Assembly (NCBI GenBank): GCA_041937175.2
Contig: CP166615.1
Location: forward strand, 448,001-512,000
Length of the DNA: 64,000 nucleotides
Source: Limnothrix sp. BL-A-16
GTDB taxonomy: Bacteria; Cyanobacteriota; Cyanobacteriia; CACIAM-69d
Direction: 5' to 3'
Both the position numbers and the translations under genes were made by a program. The notes beneath the pieces were generated by a model that worked only from the letters and a program-made list of their open reading frames with translations, made no database searches and was not told the origin of the DNA. Of the stretch, positions 36,339 to 47,049 are shown piece by piece; position 1 is the first letter of the stretch, and each line of letters starts with the position of its first letter.

Positions 36339-36982
36339 GGGTTTCGAGTTCGATCGGGCGTTGCAAAACGGAGCATGAAGGACTGCTGTGTCCTCAATCA
36401 CGAGGGATGACACGCGGGATGATTAATTGTTGGTGAAATTGTTGATGATCGACAGCATCGTTATGATCGCGACAATCACAACGATCCGCATCACTAATCA
36501 TTTCAAATGCCGTCTAGCGGGGTGGCTAGCGAGCAATCCAACGCGATTTCATCTTAAACCGCCCCGGCCCCGGCCGATCCAGACCCAGCTCGGGAACCGG
36601 CGAATCCGGATCACGCCGCCCATTCTTCCAGATTTCTTTTGATCCCCACTCGGAGACCCGCTCGATCGCCAACATGGCTCGCAAGGGCGTGATCACAGGG
36701 CGGCCCCAAGGCTTTGCCGATCGGGTCTATGTCCCACTAGATAACGCCTTGGTCATTTGGGGCGATCAATCCCCGTCCATTCCCCCTGGCCTCTGTTGCT
36801 GTTTGTGAACCAAGCGGCTAACCTGACAGCTAAGAATTCTGAAAAAATTGTTCCTCAGGAACAGTTCAGTATCATCGTCAGCACTGAGACTAAGCTAATC
36901 CTTCGGTGTCGCTGACTCGTTAGATGACGGTTGGGTCACGCATCTCCCCGTTCTTTTTGAACCTTCCTCAACACTGCCTCCG

Positions 36983-39706
36983 ATGAAGATCCTGAAAGTC
37001 CAGACGCTCCGCGGCCCCAATTATTGGAGCATTCGCCGCCATAAGCTTGTCGTTTTGCGTTTGGATTTGGCGGACTTGGCTGATCGTCCCTCCAACGAGA
37101 TTCCGGGGTTCTACGAAGGACTGGTGGAAGCCCTGCCTAGCTTGATGGAGCATCATTGCTCGCGGGGCAAGCGGGGTGGGTTTCTGGAGCGGGTACGCGA
37201 AGGCACAATGATGGGGCACATCGTGGAGCATGTGGCCCTGGAACTTCAGGAACTGACGCAGATGTCCGTGGGGTTTGGGCGCACGCGGGAAACCTCGGAG
37301 CCGGGTGTGTATCTGGTGGCGATCGAGTATGAAAACGAGCGGGCCGGGCGATATGCGGCCCGGGCAGCCGTGCGTCTGTGCCGCAGCATTGTGGACTCGG
37401 GCAGCTATCCCCTGGCCGAACTGGAGCAAGACTTGCAGGATCTGGAGGAAATTCGGGCAGAGGAAGCCCTTGGCCCCAGTACGGAATCCCTGGTGCGCGA
37501 GGCAGAGCGGCGGGGAATCCCTTGGCGGCAGTTGGCGGCGCGCTCCCTGATTCAGTTGGGGTATGGGGTTCGCCAAAAGCGGGTGCAAGCGACCCTGAGC
37601 GATCGCACGGGGATCTTGGCGGTGGAGCTGGCCTGTGACAAGGACGGCACCAAGCGGGTTTTGGCTGATGCGGGCGTACCGGTTCCTCGGGGGACAACGG
37701 TTCGATACCTCGACGAGCTACAGGACGCGATCGAGGAGGTCGGTGGCTACCCGATCGCGATCAAACCCCTGGACGGCAACCACGGCCGGGGGATCACCCT
37801 GGATATTGAATCCTGGGAAGCGGCGGAAGAGGCCTACGAAATGGCCATGGCCGATTCCAAGTCCCAGACGATTTTGGTGGAACGGTTTTACAAGGGCAAT
37901 GATCACCGGGTGTTGGTGGTCAATGGTCAGGTGGTGGCTGTGGCGGAGCGCGTACCGGCTCGGGTGATTGGGGATGGGCGATCGACCATTCAGGCGTTGA
38001 TTGACGACACCAATCGCGATCCGCGTCGGGGCAGTGGCCACGATAATGTGCTCACCAAAATCACGATCGATCGCCCCTTGGAGCAAATGCTGGAGCGGCA
38101 GAGTCTGACCCTCGATACCGTGCTCGATCGGGGCGAAATTTGCTATTTGCGAGGGACGGCGAACCTGAGTACCGGCGGCATTGCGATCGATCGCACCGAT
38201 GAAATTCACCCGGAAAACGTCTGGTTAGCCCAACGGGTGGTCAAGATCATTGGCTTGGATATTGCCGGGATTGATATTGTTACGCCCGATATTTCCCGCC
38301 CCCTGCGCGAAAACGGAGGTGTGGTGATTGAAGTGAACGCTGCGCCGGGCTTCCGGATGCATGTGCAGCCCAGTGAAGGCATTCCCCGCAACGTGGCGGA
38401 ACCGGTGCTGGATATGCTGTTTCCGCCCGGGTCGCCGGCCCATGTGCCGATCGTGTCGGTGACCGGCACCAACGGCAAAACCACCACCACCCGCCTGATT
38501 GCCCATATCTATCGCCAAACGGGACAGGTGGTGGGCTACACGACCACAGACGGAACCTATATCGGGGAATACATGGTGGAACCCGGGGACAACACCGGCC
38601 CCCAAAGTGCCAACCTGATTCTGCAAGATCCGACCGTGGAAGTGGCCATTCTGGAAACGGCTCGGGGGGGGATTTTGCGATCGGGCTTGGCGTTCGATCG
38701 CTGCGATGTGGGTGTGGTGCTGAATGTGGCCGCTGACCATTTGGGACTGGGGGACATCGACACAATCGAGCAAATGGCCCGTGTAAAGGCCGTGGTGGCG
38801 GAAGCCGCGGCCCCGGATGGCTACGCGGTGTTGAATGCGGATGATCCCCTGGTGGCGGCCATGGCGGAGCATGTGTTGGCCCAGGTCACCTATTTCTCAA
38901 TGAACCCGGAGAACCCGATCGTGCGGGAACATGCCCGACAGGGAGGTTTGGCCGCCGTCTATGAAAACGGCTACCTGTCGATTCTCAAAGGCGATTGGAC
39001 CCTGCGGATCGATCGAGCCGAAAACATTCCCCTCACCCTGGGCGGAAAGGCCGCCTTCCAAATTGCCAACGCCCTGGCCGCCAGTTTGGCCGCCTTCGCC
39101 CAAGGGGTGCGCATTGAAGCGATTCGTCAGGCTCTGATGACCTTCACCTCCAGTGCCAAGCAAACCCCAGGCCGGATGAATCTGTTTGATTTGGGTCGCT
39201 ACCATGCCCTGGTGGACTACGCTCACAATCCCGCTGGCTATGAAGCGGTGGGCGTGTTTGTTCAAAACTGGCCCGGTACCAAGGTGGGTGTGGTCGGCGG
39301 CCCAGGCGATCGCCGTGATGAGGACTTCCAATTGCTGGGCAAGCTTGCGGCCCAAATGTTCGATGAAATTCTGATCAAGGAAGATGACGACAATCGCGGC
39401 CGGGCCCGAGGCAGTGCGGCGCGCCAAATCGAAGCGGGCATCGCCGCCGCCCGTCAGGAAGGAATTGCGCGGGTTCGCCGGTTTGAAACCATCTTGGATG
39501 AAACTACGGCGGTGAATACGGCCCTCGATCGGGCGGTGGATGGCGGGTTAGTGGTGGTTTTCCCGGAAAGCGTCAGCCGCGCCATTGACTTGATTGAGGC
39601 CCGCGGCCCTCGGGAGACCACGAAAACAACGTCCACCCCCAAAACCCCGATCGCCGATCCCGCTAGTAACCGCACCAGCCAGCACAGTGAGGTGAAATCG
39701 GTCTAG
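36983..39706 (+). CDS. cphA: Cyanophycin synthetase CphA1
   Basis: MKILKVQTLRGPNYWSIRR, ATP-grasp KPLDGNHGRG, EVNAAPGFRMH, Mur-ligase VTGTNGKTTT, DYAHNP. Confidence 0.97.
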   Translation: MKILKVQTLRGPNYWSIRRHKLVVLRLDLADLADRPSNEIPGFYEGLVEALPSLMEHHCSRGKRGGFLERVREGTMMGHIVEHVALELQELTQMSVGFGRTRETSEPGVYLVAIEYENERAGRYAARAAVRLCRSIVDSGSYPLAELEQDLQDLEEIRAEEALGPSTESLVREAERRGIPWRQLAARSLIQLGYGVRQKRVQATLSDRTGILAVELACDKDGTKRVLADAGVPVPRGTTVRYLDELQDAIEEVGGYPIAIKPLDGNHGRGITLDIESWEAAEEAYEMAMADSKSQTILVERFYKGNDHRVLVVNGQVVAVAERVPARVIGDGRSTIQALIDDTNRDPRRGSGHDNVLTKITIDRPLEQMLERQSLTLDTVLDRGEICYLRGTANLSTGGIAIDRTDEIHPENVWLAQRVVKIIGLDIAGIDIVTPDISRPLRENGGVVIEVNAAPGFRMHVQPSEGIPRNVAEPVLDMLFPPGSPAHVPIVSVTGTNGKTTTTRLIAHIYRQTGQVVGYTTTDGTYIGEYMVEPGDNTGPQSANLILQDPTVEVAILETARGGILRSGLAFDRCDVGVVLNVAADHLGLGDIDTIEQMARVKAVVAEAAAPDGYAVLNADDPLVAAMAEHVLAQVTYFSMNPENPIVREHARQGGLAAVYENGYLSILKGDWTLRIDRAENIPLTLGGKAAFQIANALAASLAAFAQGVRIEAIRQALMTFTSSAKQTPGRMNLFDLGRYHALVDYAHNPAGYEAVGVFVQNWPGTKVGVVGGPGDRRDEDFQLLGKLAAQMFDEILIKEDDDNRGRARGSAARQIEAGIAAARQEGIARVRRFETILDETTAVNTALDRAVDGGLVVVFPESVSRAIDLIEARGPRETTKTTSTPKTPIADPASNRTSQHSEVKSV

Positions 39707-39752
39707 GCTAATAGCGGTCTAACTAAATCCTACCTTTCCGCGAGCTGAGCCA

Positions 39753-41072
39753 ATGATGTCGCCAAGCTTGTTTGCCCCGGCCCTGCCGCCGATCGAAACC
39801 GTCCGTACTGGGCCGTTAATTCGGCGATTGGATTGTGGTGCACTCGCGATTGTGGAGCAGATGCCCGTTGAGGCGGTCAATCTCAGTTTGTGGGTCAATG
39901 CTGGTTCAGCGATCGAACCGGAATCCATTAATGGCATGGCCCATTTTTTGGAGCATATGGTGTTCAAGGGGAGCGATCGTCTGGCTCTTGGGGAATTTGA
40001 ACAGCGGATTGAAGCTTGCGGAGCGGTCACCAACGCCGCCACCAGCCAAGACTACACCCAGTTTTATCTGACCGCCGCTCCCCAGGATTTTGCGGCCCTG
40101 GCTCCCCTGCAATTCGACGTGGCCTTGCGGCCCCAGTTGCCGGCCGCGGAATTTGACCGGGAGCGCCATGTGGTGCTCGAAGAAATCCGCCGCAGTCAAG
40201 ACAATCCCCGCCGTCGCACCTTCCAAGCGGTGATGAATCTGGCCTTTGAGACCTTGCCCTATAACCGGCCGGTGTTGGGCCCCACGGAAGTGATTGCTCA
40301 CTTGGATGTGCAGCAGATGCGCGACTTCCACAATGGCCACTATCGCCCTCAGTCGGTGACAGCGGTGGCGGTGGGCAATTTGCCGCCGGAGCAGTTATTT
40401 GAAATTTTGGAAACTGGCTTCAACGAGGCCTGGCGCGATCGGGATTGGTCTGATTTGCCCGTGGCCCCGCCATCGTTGATTCCGGAGTTGCCGTTCGATC
40501 GCGTTGAACGCCGGGAAATCATTGACCCATCGTTGCAACAGGCCCGCCTGATCATGCTCTGGCGCGTTCCGGGGCTACAGGACTTGCGGGAAACCTATCC
40601 GCTGGATGTGTTGGCGGCGGTGTTGGGCCATGGCCGCACCTCGCGCCTGGTGCGGGATCTGCGGGAAGAGCGGCGATTGGTGTCCAAGGTTTCGGCCACC
40701 AATTTGACCTACCGTGCCCAAGGAACGTTTTATTTGGCCGCCCATTGTGAGCCGGAGCATTTGCCGGAGCTGGAAGCCCGTTTGCAAGATCATATGGCGC
40801 GTATCGGTTCGGAACCGGTGAGCATGGCGGAGGTCGATCGGGTGCGGGCGCGGGTGGCCAATGGGTTTGTGTTTGGCAATGAAACCCCCGCGAATCGATC
40901 GAACCTCTATGGCTACTACCAAACCTTGGTTGGCAATGTGGATGCGGCCCTGCGATATCCCGATGCCGTCCGTTGCCTGACCCCAGAAGACTTGCAGCGG
41001 GCAGCCCAGCAATATTTGAATCCCCAAGCCTATGGGTTGGTGATCCTGCGTCCCGCTGCTGCCCAAGATTAG
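39753..41072 (+). CDS. M16 family (pitrilysin-like) zinc peptidase
   Basis: GMAHFLEHMVFKG (HxxEH), NAATSQD, ERHVVLEEI. Confidence 0.93.
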   Translation: MMSPSLFAPALPPIETVRTGPLIRRLDCGALAIVEQMPVEAVNLSLWVNAGSAIEPESINGMAHFLEHMVFKGSDRLALGEFEQRIEACGAVTNAATSQDYTQFYLTAAPQDFAALAPLQFDVALRPQLPAAEFDRERHVVLEEIRRSQDNPRRRTFQAVMNLAFETLPYNRPVLGPTEVIAHLDVQQMRDFHNGHYRPQSVTAVAVGNLPPEQLFEILETGFNEAWRDRDWSDLPVAPPSLIPELPFDRVERREIIDPSLQQARLIMLWRVPGLQDLRETYPLDVLAAVLGHGRTSRLVRDLREERRLVSKVSATNLTYRAQGTFYLAAHCEPEHLPELEARLQDHMARIGSEPVSMAEVDRVRARVANGFVFGNETPANRSNLYGYYQTLVGNVDAALRYPDAVRCLTPEDLQRAAQQYLNPQAYGLVILRPAAAQD

Positions 41073-41172
41073 GGCTGAGAATTGGGCGACTGCTGGGCGA
41101 TGGTTGGGCGATCGCTAGCCCGGATTGGGGCCCTCGATCGCTGTGGATTCCGAAGCCGGCCGGGCGACTGAG

Positions 41173-41955
41173 TTACCCGATCGCCTCCTGACCAAAATTC
41201 AGGGGGATGTCCTGAATCCGCCCCGGGCCCACAGCTTGGATGGCCTCCTTGAGATCCACGTTGCCGGTGTAGAGGGCACGACCGACAATCGCCCCCGTGA
41301 CTCCCACCGACTCCAGGGCCAGCAGCCCCAATAAATCGGTGACGGAACTGATGCCCCCGGAGGCAATTACGGGAATGGAAACCCCTTCCGCCAGTTCGCG
41401 CAGGGCTTCCTTGTTGGGACCCGCCAAAGTGCCGTCCCGGTGAATATCCGTGTAAACAATGGCCGCCGCGCCCCAGTCCTGAACGCGCTGGGCCAATTCC
41501 ACCGCCCGCACTTCGGAGGTTTCTAGCCAACCTCGAGTTGCAACCCAGCCATTGCGGGCATCAATGCCAATCACGATCCGCCCGGGAAATTCAGCGCACC
41601 AGGCGGCCACTTCCTCCGGCTGCTCCACGGCCACGGTTCCCACAATTGCTCTGGTGATCCCCAGCTCAAACAGACGGGCCGCGCGATCGCGGGTGCGGAT
41701 GCCGCCTCCCACTTGGATTTGAATCGGGTGATCGCCCAGTTGTTGGGTAATGGCCGCGATCGCCTGGAGATTCACCGGTTCTCCCGTTTTGGCTCCATCC
41801 AAGTCAACCAGGTGCAACCAACTGGCCCCCGCCGTCATCCACCGCTGGGCAACCATCACCGGATCATCACCAAAGGTTTCCGCGCGATCGTAGTCACCTT
41901 GAAAGAGCCGGACACAACGTCCACCCAACAGATCGATCGCCGGAAAAATATCCAT
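41173..41955 (-). CDS. hisA: ProFAR isomerase
   Basis: [40 protein letters not shown]. Confidence 0.97.
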   Translation of the reverse strand: MDIFPAIDLLGGRCVRLFQGDYDRAETFGDDPVMVAQRWMTAGASWLHLVDLDGAKTGEPVNLQAIAAITQQLGDHPIQIQVGGGIRTRDRAARLFELGITRAIVGTVAVEQPEEVAAWCAEFPGRIVIGIDARNGWVATRGWLETSEVRAVELAQRVQDWGAAAIVYTDIHRDGTLAGPNKEALRELAEGVSIPVIASGGISSVTDLLGLLALESVGVTGAIVGRALYTGNVDLKEAIQAVGPGRIQDIPLNFGQEAIG

Positions 41956-42185
41956 GGCTAATCCTCATCCTTCAGAAAATACAAAATCAGAAACCCCAAT
42001 CAATCTACCTGAAGGCTGTAATTCGCAACATAGGGCATTAACCAGGTTTTGGATGGCCCCCTGCACCGAAGTGGGTTAATCAACATGGGTTAATCAACAG
42101 TTTCAGGTGGTCAAGATCGCACCCAATTACGCTTAACTGCGCTCGATCGCCCCAAATGGCAATTCCGAAAAACCAGCGAAAACAA

Positions 42186-42229
42186 ACGATCGACCGTGAA
42201 CGCCCCCGTTGGGTTTCTCGGTCGATCGT
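42186..42229 (-). terminator. Intrinsic terminator downstream of prs
   Basis: ACGATCGACCG / CGGTCGATCGT 11-bp stem followed on minus strand by TTGTTTT. Confidence 0.65.
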
Positions 42230-42391
42230 CCGTCACCCTTGAGTTTTAGGACAATGTTTAGGAATTTTGTCCTTGCAGGAGCCATGGCCAGAAGTCGCCT
42301 TCTGAACGAACTCGCTCCCTCCACCATCCATCAATGAGCCTGACTCGCCCCAATCGGCTAGCTCCGCAGGCGCATCCTTGAATCATGGATA

Positions 42392-43414
42392 TTAGTCATT
42401 GATAAACATGCTGCTAACTGACGTGTCTTCGTGGATGCGCCAAATGGTTTCGCCCAGCACATTCGCCACCGATAAAACCGTGAGCTGGTCAAAATGGTGG
42501 TGATCCATCATGGGAATCGTGTTGGTGACAATCACCTCTTCAAATAACCCACTGGACAAGCGCTCGATCGCCGGAGGAGACAACACCGCATGGGTGGCAC
42601 AGGCATAAACCTGGCGTGCCCCTTCCCGACGCAGCATCCGGGCCCCTTCCGTGAGCGTGCCGCCTGTGTCGATGATGTCATCTACCAAAACGGCCGTTTT
42701 GCCCTTCACATCACCAATGACGTTCAGCACTTCCGCCACATTGTGCATTTGGCGGCGCTTGTCAATGATCGCCAGGGGCGCATCGTTCAGGCGCTTCGCA
42801 AAGGCCCGGGCCCGCGCCACCCCGCCCACATCGGGCGACACCACGACAATATCCGACAGGTTCTTGCTTTCAAGGTAGTCGATCAGGACTGGCGCACCAA
42901 AAACATGATCGAGCGGAATATCGAAATAGCCTTGGATCTGCGCTGAATGCAAGTCCATGGCCAACACCCGATCGGCTCCGGATTTCACCACCAGGTTCGC
43001 CACCAGCTTGGCCGTAATCGATTCCCGGCCGGCCGTCTTGCGATCGGCCCTGGCGTAGCCGTAGTAGGGAATCACAGCGGTGACTTGGCGCGCCGAAGCC
43101 CGGCGGCAAGCATCCACCATGATCAACAATTCCATTAGATGGTCATTCACAGGGCGACAAACCGGTTGGATCAGATAAACATCACAACCCCGGATTGACT
43201 CCTGAATTTGAACATAAAGCTCACCGTCGGCGAACCGTTTGCGAACCATTGGTCCCAACGGTAACCCCAGGTATGCAGCAACTTCTTCGGCCAAGGCGAC
43301 ATTTGCCGATCCTGAGAAGATGCGAAGTCGGCTCTTTTCCGTCACTTCGCGATGCGAAGTCGGCAGCGGAGAAGTCGCAGAGCAAATCACGGCAGACCCT
43401 CGAAGCGCGTTCAT
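42392..43414 (-). CDS. prs: Ribose-phosphate pyrophosphokinase
   Basis: FADGELYVQIQESIRG, PYYGYARADRK, VSPDVGGVARA, VDDIIDTGGT; start uncertain. Confidence 0.97.
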   Translation of the reverse strand: MNALRGSAVICSATSPLPTSHREVTEKSRLRIFSGSANVALAEEVAAYLGLPLGPMVRKRFADGELYVQIQESIRGCDVYLIQPVCRPVNDHLMELLIMVDACRRASARQVTAVIPYYGYARADRKTAGRESITAKLVANLVVKSGADRVLAMDLHSAQIQGYFDIPLDHVFGAPVLIDYLESKNLSDIVVVSPDVGGVARARAFAKRLNDAPLAIIDKRRQMHNVAEVLNVIGDVKGKTAVLVDDIIDTGGTLTEGARMLRREGARQVYACATHAVLSPPAIERLSSGLFEEVIVTNTIPMMDHHHFDQLTVLSVANVLGETIWRIHEDTSVSSMFIND

Positions 43415-43681
43415 GGCAATCTTAGCATTTCCTTCCAATTTTCTTTGGATTTGCGTCCCCGCATTCAATGACATGGGTGGTTGTGAGCCGATCGCCAAGG
43501 GTAGTCGCCAAGGCTTGACCAGACGGCTGATCAGGCTCTGTGACGACAGGAATCAGATAACATCCGTGAGCAATTGCTGCTGCAGGAATCTGGTCAGGAA
43601 CAATCAGAGACCTTTGCACGATCGGGCGGCAATTGTGACAGAAAACGGGGGCAGTTTAACGAGTTCAATGGGGCGATCGAC

Positions 43682-44006
43682 CATCCCCTAGCCCGATCGG
43701 CTAGGATGAGTCCCGAGGGTTGCCCAAACGGGCAATTCAACACCCAGCCCAACCCCAGACAGGGACAAGACCCTAACTGGTGGTGCGAGCCACAGCGAGT
43801 TCCGGCCAGTTCCCGAGTCGATCGCCACGGGATAAGCCCAGGCTGCATCTGGCGGCAGATGCAGCTCAACTTGCTACCCCCAAGAAAGCGGCTAGGGACT
43901 CAGCGGAATCGCTAGCCAATGGAGATCCAACCCAATGGATCTTCAACCGACAACCGCCGCCCAGTTTCTTAGGCGGTTGTGCCGGGCGATTGATCGCAGA
44001 CCTGGG
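43682..44006. ncRNA. Candidate structured non-coding element (run of hairpins), strand unknown
   Basis: About eight adjacent inverted repeats in the intergenic space between divergent prs and kinase genes; see findings. Confidence 0.3.
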
Positions 44007-44306
44007 ATAATCAGGGGAAATGGGGGTTGGGTGACGACGATGCCGCTAATCGCCCCAAGTCTGATCGGTTCATTCAGCCCTATAAATTGGTTTTAGCGCC
44101 GGTTGCGTCTGAACAATCAAAATCACCCGAGTCCTTTAATGGTTCGATCAAACGATTGATCGGTCAAATAGAGCGCTGCAAGTCACGAAATAAATTGGTT
44201 TTTTCTGAATTTTGTCTGAGTTCTGCCTGAGTTTTTGCTCGATCATCGCCTGACTATTGCCTGACTGAATTGCTGTCTCAACTGTTCTTCGATCGCCCCG
44301 AGTCCC

Positions 44307-46244
44307 ATGCAACCGTCCCTGCCCCCCGGAACTGTTCTCCAAAATCGCTATCGCCTTGTGGAAGTGTTGGGACAGGGTGGCTTTGGGCGCACCTACCTGG
44401 CGGAGGATCTGGGTCGATTTGGCGAACGCTGTGCCCTCAAGGAGTTCACACCGCCCGTGGGCGATGCCTACGCCCTCGAAAAATCCAATGAACTGTTCCG
44501 GCGCGAGGCAGCGGTTCTCTACCAAATCAATCATCCTCAAATTCCCAAGTTTCAAGCCACCTTTGAGGCGGAAGGTCGCTTATTTTTGGTGCAGGACTAC
44601 GTACAGGGCAATACCTATCGATCGCTCCTGGATAGCCGCCTGCACCATGGCCAGCTCTTTGCAGAAGGGGAAGTGTTTTACCTCCTGCAACAGTTGCTGC
44701 CCGTGTTGAGTTACCTGCACAATTTGGGGATCATTCACCGGGATATCTCGCCGGAAAACATTATTCTGCGGGAGCACGATCGACTGCCCGTGTTGATTGA
44801 CTTTGGGGCCATCAAAGAAATGGCCACCCGCTTTCAACAACCGGGAGCCACGGCCGTTCAGGCCACCACCGTCGGTAAAAGTGGCTATGCTCCCAGCGAG
44901 CAAATTCAAACGGGCCGCGCTTACCCCAGCAGCGATCTCTATGCCTTGGCAGCCACGGTGTTGGTGTTGCTGACGGGGCGGGAACCCCAGGATTTGCTAG
45001 ACGATCGCACCCTGACCTGGCATTGGGATCAATATGTGCCCCTCACGCCGGCGTTGGGGGATGTGTTGCGGCGGATGCTGGCCTATCAACCCACGGAGCG
45101 CTATCCTTCCGCTTCTTTGGTGCTTCAGGCCTTGCAGGAGGTGACGTTGGAGGCGACGGCTCGCCCCGTGACCCCTCTGCCCTCCACTTCATCCCCAACC
45201 CCGGCCGCTCCGGCTCCAGCCGCTAATCCCACGGGGCCTGTCCCTTCAACCATGGCCACAGTGGTGGTGGGTCGGGCTGCGCCACCCCCGATCGCCCCGC
45301 GATCGCCCGCACCGGCCCCGGCTCCCGGCCCCGATTGGAGCGTGGAACCCCGAGGATCCTTGATGGATAACCCTTGGGCCGTGACGGTGTTGGGCGTGTT
45401 ATTGGTGGTGGGGACGGGAGTGGGTTCCTGGTCGCTGGTGAATCAATTCCTGAGCCGATCGCCCAACAACAGCAACCCCACACCCACCGAGACGGCTTCC
45501 GAAAGTCCGGCGCTGCCTAGCCCATCCCCTACGCCATCCCCCACGCCATCCCCTAGCCCGATCGCCTCGCCTGTGGTCTCCACCCAGCGGTTGAACCTTC
45601 AGCCCGCCGGAGACTTTGAAGATTCCCGCACCCTGGGCGAAAACGAAACCCTGATCTATCGTTTTCAGGCCGGTGCTGAGCAACCCCTCAGCATTTCCGT
45701 GGCAGGCAATAACGTGATTGCGAGTCTCCTGGCTCCCGATGGTGATCCGGCGGATCGATCGAGCCGGGATTTGCGCCAGTGGAGTGGCATCATTGCGGTG
45801 GCCGGTGAATATGCCCTGCAAGTACGCGTGGCCCCCGGCGCTCCTAGGGGCGACTATCGTCTACGTTTACGGCTGGATGCGGCTCCCGCTTCCCCCAGCC
45901 CAGAGCCAAGCCCCACGCCAACGCCCACCCCGACTCCCGCACCGGAGCCAACTCCCAGCCCCAGCCCGGAGCCAACTCGCCAACCCACGTCGCGCAACTT
46001 CCGAGGCGTGACTCAACCCCAGGTTCCCCAAACCTTCGGCTTTGAAGCCCAGGCGGGTCAGCAGATTTCAATCAGCATCCCTTCCGGTTTGCGAGCCACG
46101 GTGTTTGGCCCCAACGGCCCGATTCCAGACATGGAAGGACTGGAAGGATCCGTCAGTTTTGAAGCGCCCGTGGGCGGCAACTACGGTATTGAAGTGTCTT
46201 CGGATTTGGAAATGCCCTTTGAGATCGCCGTGCGGGTTCGGTAG
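44307..46244 (+). CDS. Membrane-anchored Hanks-type Ser/Thr protein kinase with extracytoplasmic PPC-like domains
   Basis: LGQGGFGRTY, ALKE, IHRDISPENI, LIDFG, GYAPSEQ, SDLYAL; TM segment; PSPTP-rich linkers. Confidence 0.93.
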   Translation: MQPSLPPGTVLQNRYRLVEVLGQGGFGRTYLAEDLGRFGERCALKEFTPPVGDAYALEKSNELFRREAAVLYQINHPQIPKFQATFEAEGRLFLVQDYVQGNTYRSLLDSRLHHGQLFAEGEVFYLLQQLLPVLSYLHNLGIIHRDISPENIILREHDRLPVLIDFGAIKEMATRFQQPGATAVQATTVGKSGYAPSEQIQTGRAYPSSDLYALAATVLVLLTGREPQDLLDDRTLTWHWDQYVPLTPALGDVLRRMLAYQPTERYPSASLVLQALQEVTLEATARPVTPLPSTSSPTPAAPAPAANPTGPVPSTMATVVVGRAAPPPIAPRSPAPAPAPGPDWSVEPRGSLMDNPWAVTVLGVLLVVGTGVGSWSLVNQFLSRSPNNSNPTPTETASESPALPSPSPTPSPTPSPSPIASPVVSTQRLNLQPAGDFEDSRTLGENETLIYRFQAGAEQPLSISVAGNNVIASLLAPDGDPADRSSRDLRQWSGIIAVAGEYALQVRVAPGAPRGDYRLRLRLDAAPASPSPEPSPTPTPTPTPAPEPTPSPSPEPTRQPTSRNFRGVTQPQVPQTFGFEAQAGQQISISIPSGLRATVFGPNGPIPDMEGLEGSVSFEAPVGGNYGIEVSSDLEMPFEIAVRVR

Positions 46245-46322
46245 AAACCTGGAGGCAAGCAGCAGAATGGCGATCGGCCTGAGACTGCTGAAGCATATTG
46301 AAGCGTGCTGAACAACAGGAGA

Positions 46323-47036
46323 ATGGGGATGGGCGAAGGACGACCGCAACAACTGGCGATCGCGGGGAGCGATACGGAAGTGGGCAAAACGGTCTTTGTG
46401 CTGGCACTGGCGGCCTATTGGCAACAGCATTGTCAGAAACAAGGGGCCTTGGGCCTGCTAAAGCCGGTGCAGTCTGGGGAGGGCGATCGGGAAATTTATG
46501 GGGAACTGTTTGCGGACTTGAACCAAAGCCCCGAATCCTTTAATCCCATTCGGCTTCAGGCTCCCTTGGCTCCCCCAATTGCGGCGGAACGTGAAGGCAA
46601 AACGATCGACCTGGCCTTGGCCTGGCAAGCTTTGCAAACCCTCCAGCGCGATCGCTCCTTCATTTTGATCGAAGGGGCCGGGGGCTTGGGGTCGCCGGTC
46701 ACTTGGGAGTTGACCTTTGCGGATGTGGTGGCCGCTTGGCGGTTGCCGTTGGTGTTGGTAGTGCCGGTCAAGTTGGGGGCGATCGCCCAAACGGTGGCGA
46801 ATGTGGCCCTGGCTCGCCAATACCAAATTCCGCTGCGGGGCATTGTGCTGAATGAAGTGACGGCCGTGAGCGTGGCCGATCGAGAAGCTTTGGCCCCCAT
46901 CGGTCTGATTGAAAGCCTGACCCATGTGCCCGTGCTGGGCTATTTACCCCACGTGGACAATTGGCGCGATCGCGCGGCCCTGGCTGCTGCTGCGGCGCAC
47001 CTGAACCTGGAGCCATTAGGCATCAGTCCCTACTGA
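46323..47036 (+). CDS. bioD: Dethiobiotin synthase
   Basis: GSDTEVGKT, LKPVQSG, IEGAGG, APLAPPIAA. Confidence 0.93.
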   Translation: MGMGEGRPQQLAIAGSDTEVGKTVFVLALAAYWQQHCQKQGALGLLKPVQSGEGDREIYGELFADLNQSPESFNPIRLQAPLAPPIAAEREGKTIDLALAWQALQTLQRDRSFILIEGAGGLGSPVTWELTFADVVAAWRLPLVLVVPVKLGAIAQTVANVALARQYQIPLRGIVLNEVTAVSVADREALAPIGLIESLTHVPVLGYLPHVDNWRDRAALAAAAAHLNLEPLGISPY

Positions 47037-47049
47037 AGTGGCTGATCAA

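Noticed and set aside
44760..44800. HRDISPEN catalytic loop lacking the usual Lys in the Ser/Thr kinase (approximate position)
   Set aside because: The HRDIS variant is common in cyanobacterial Pkn2-type kinases; not evidence of a pseudokinase
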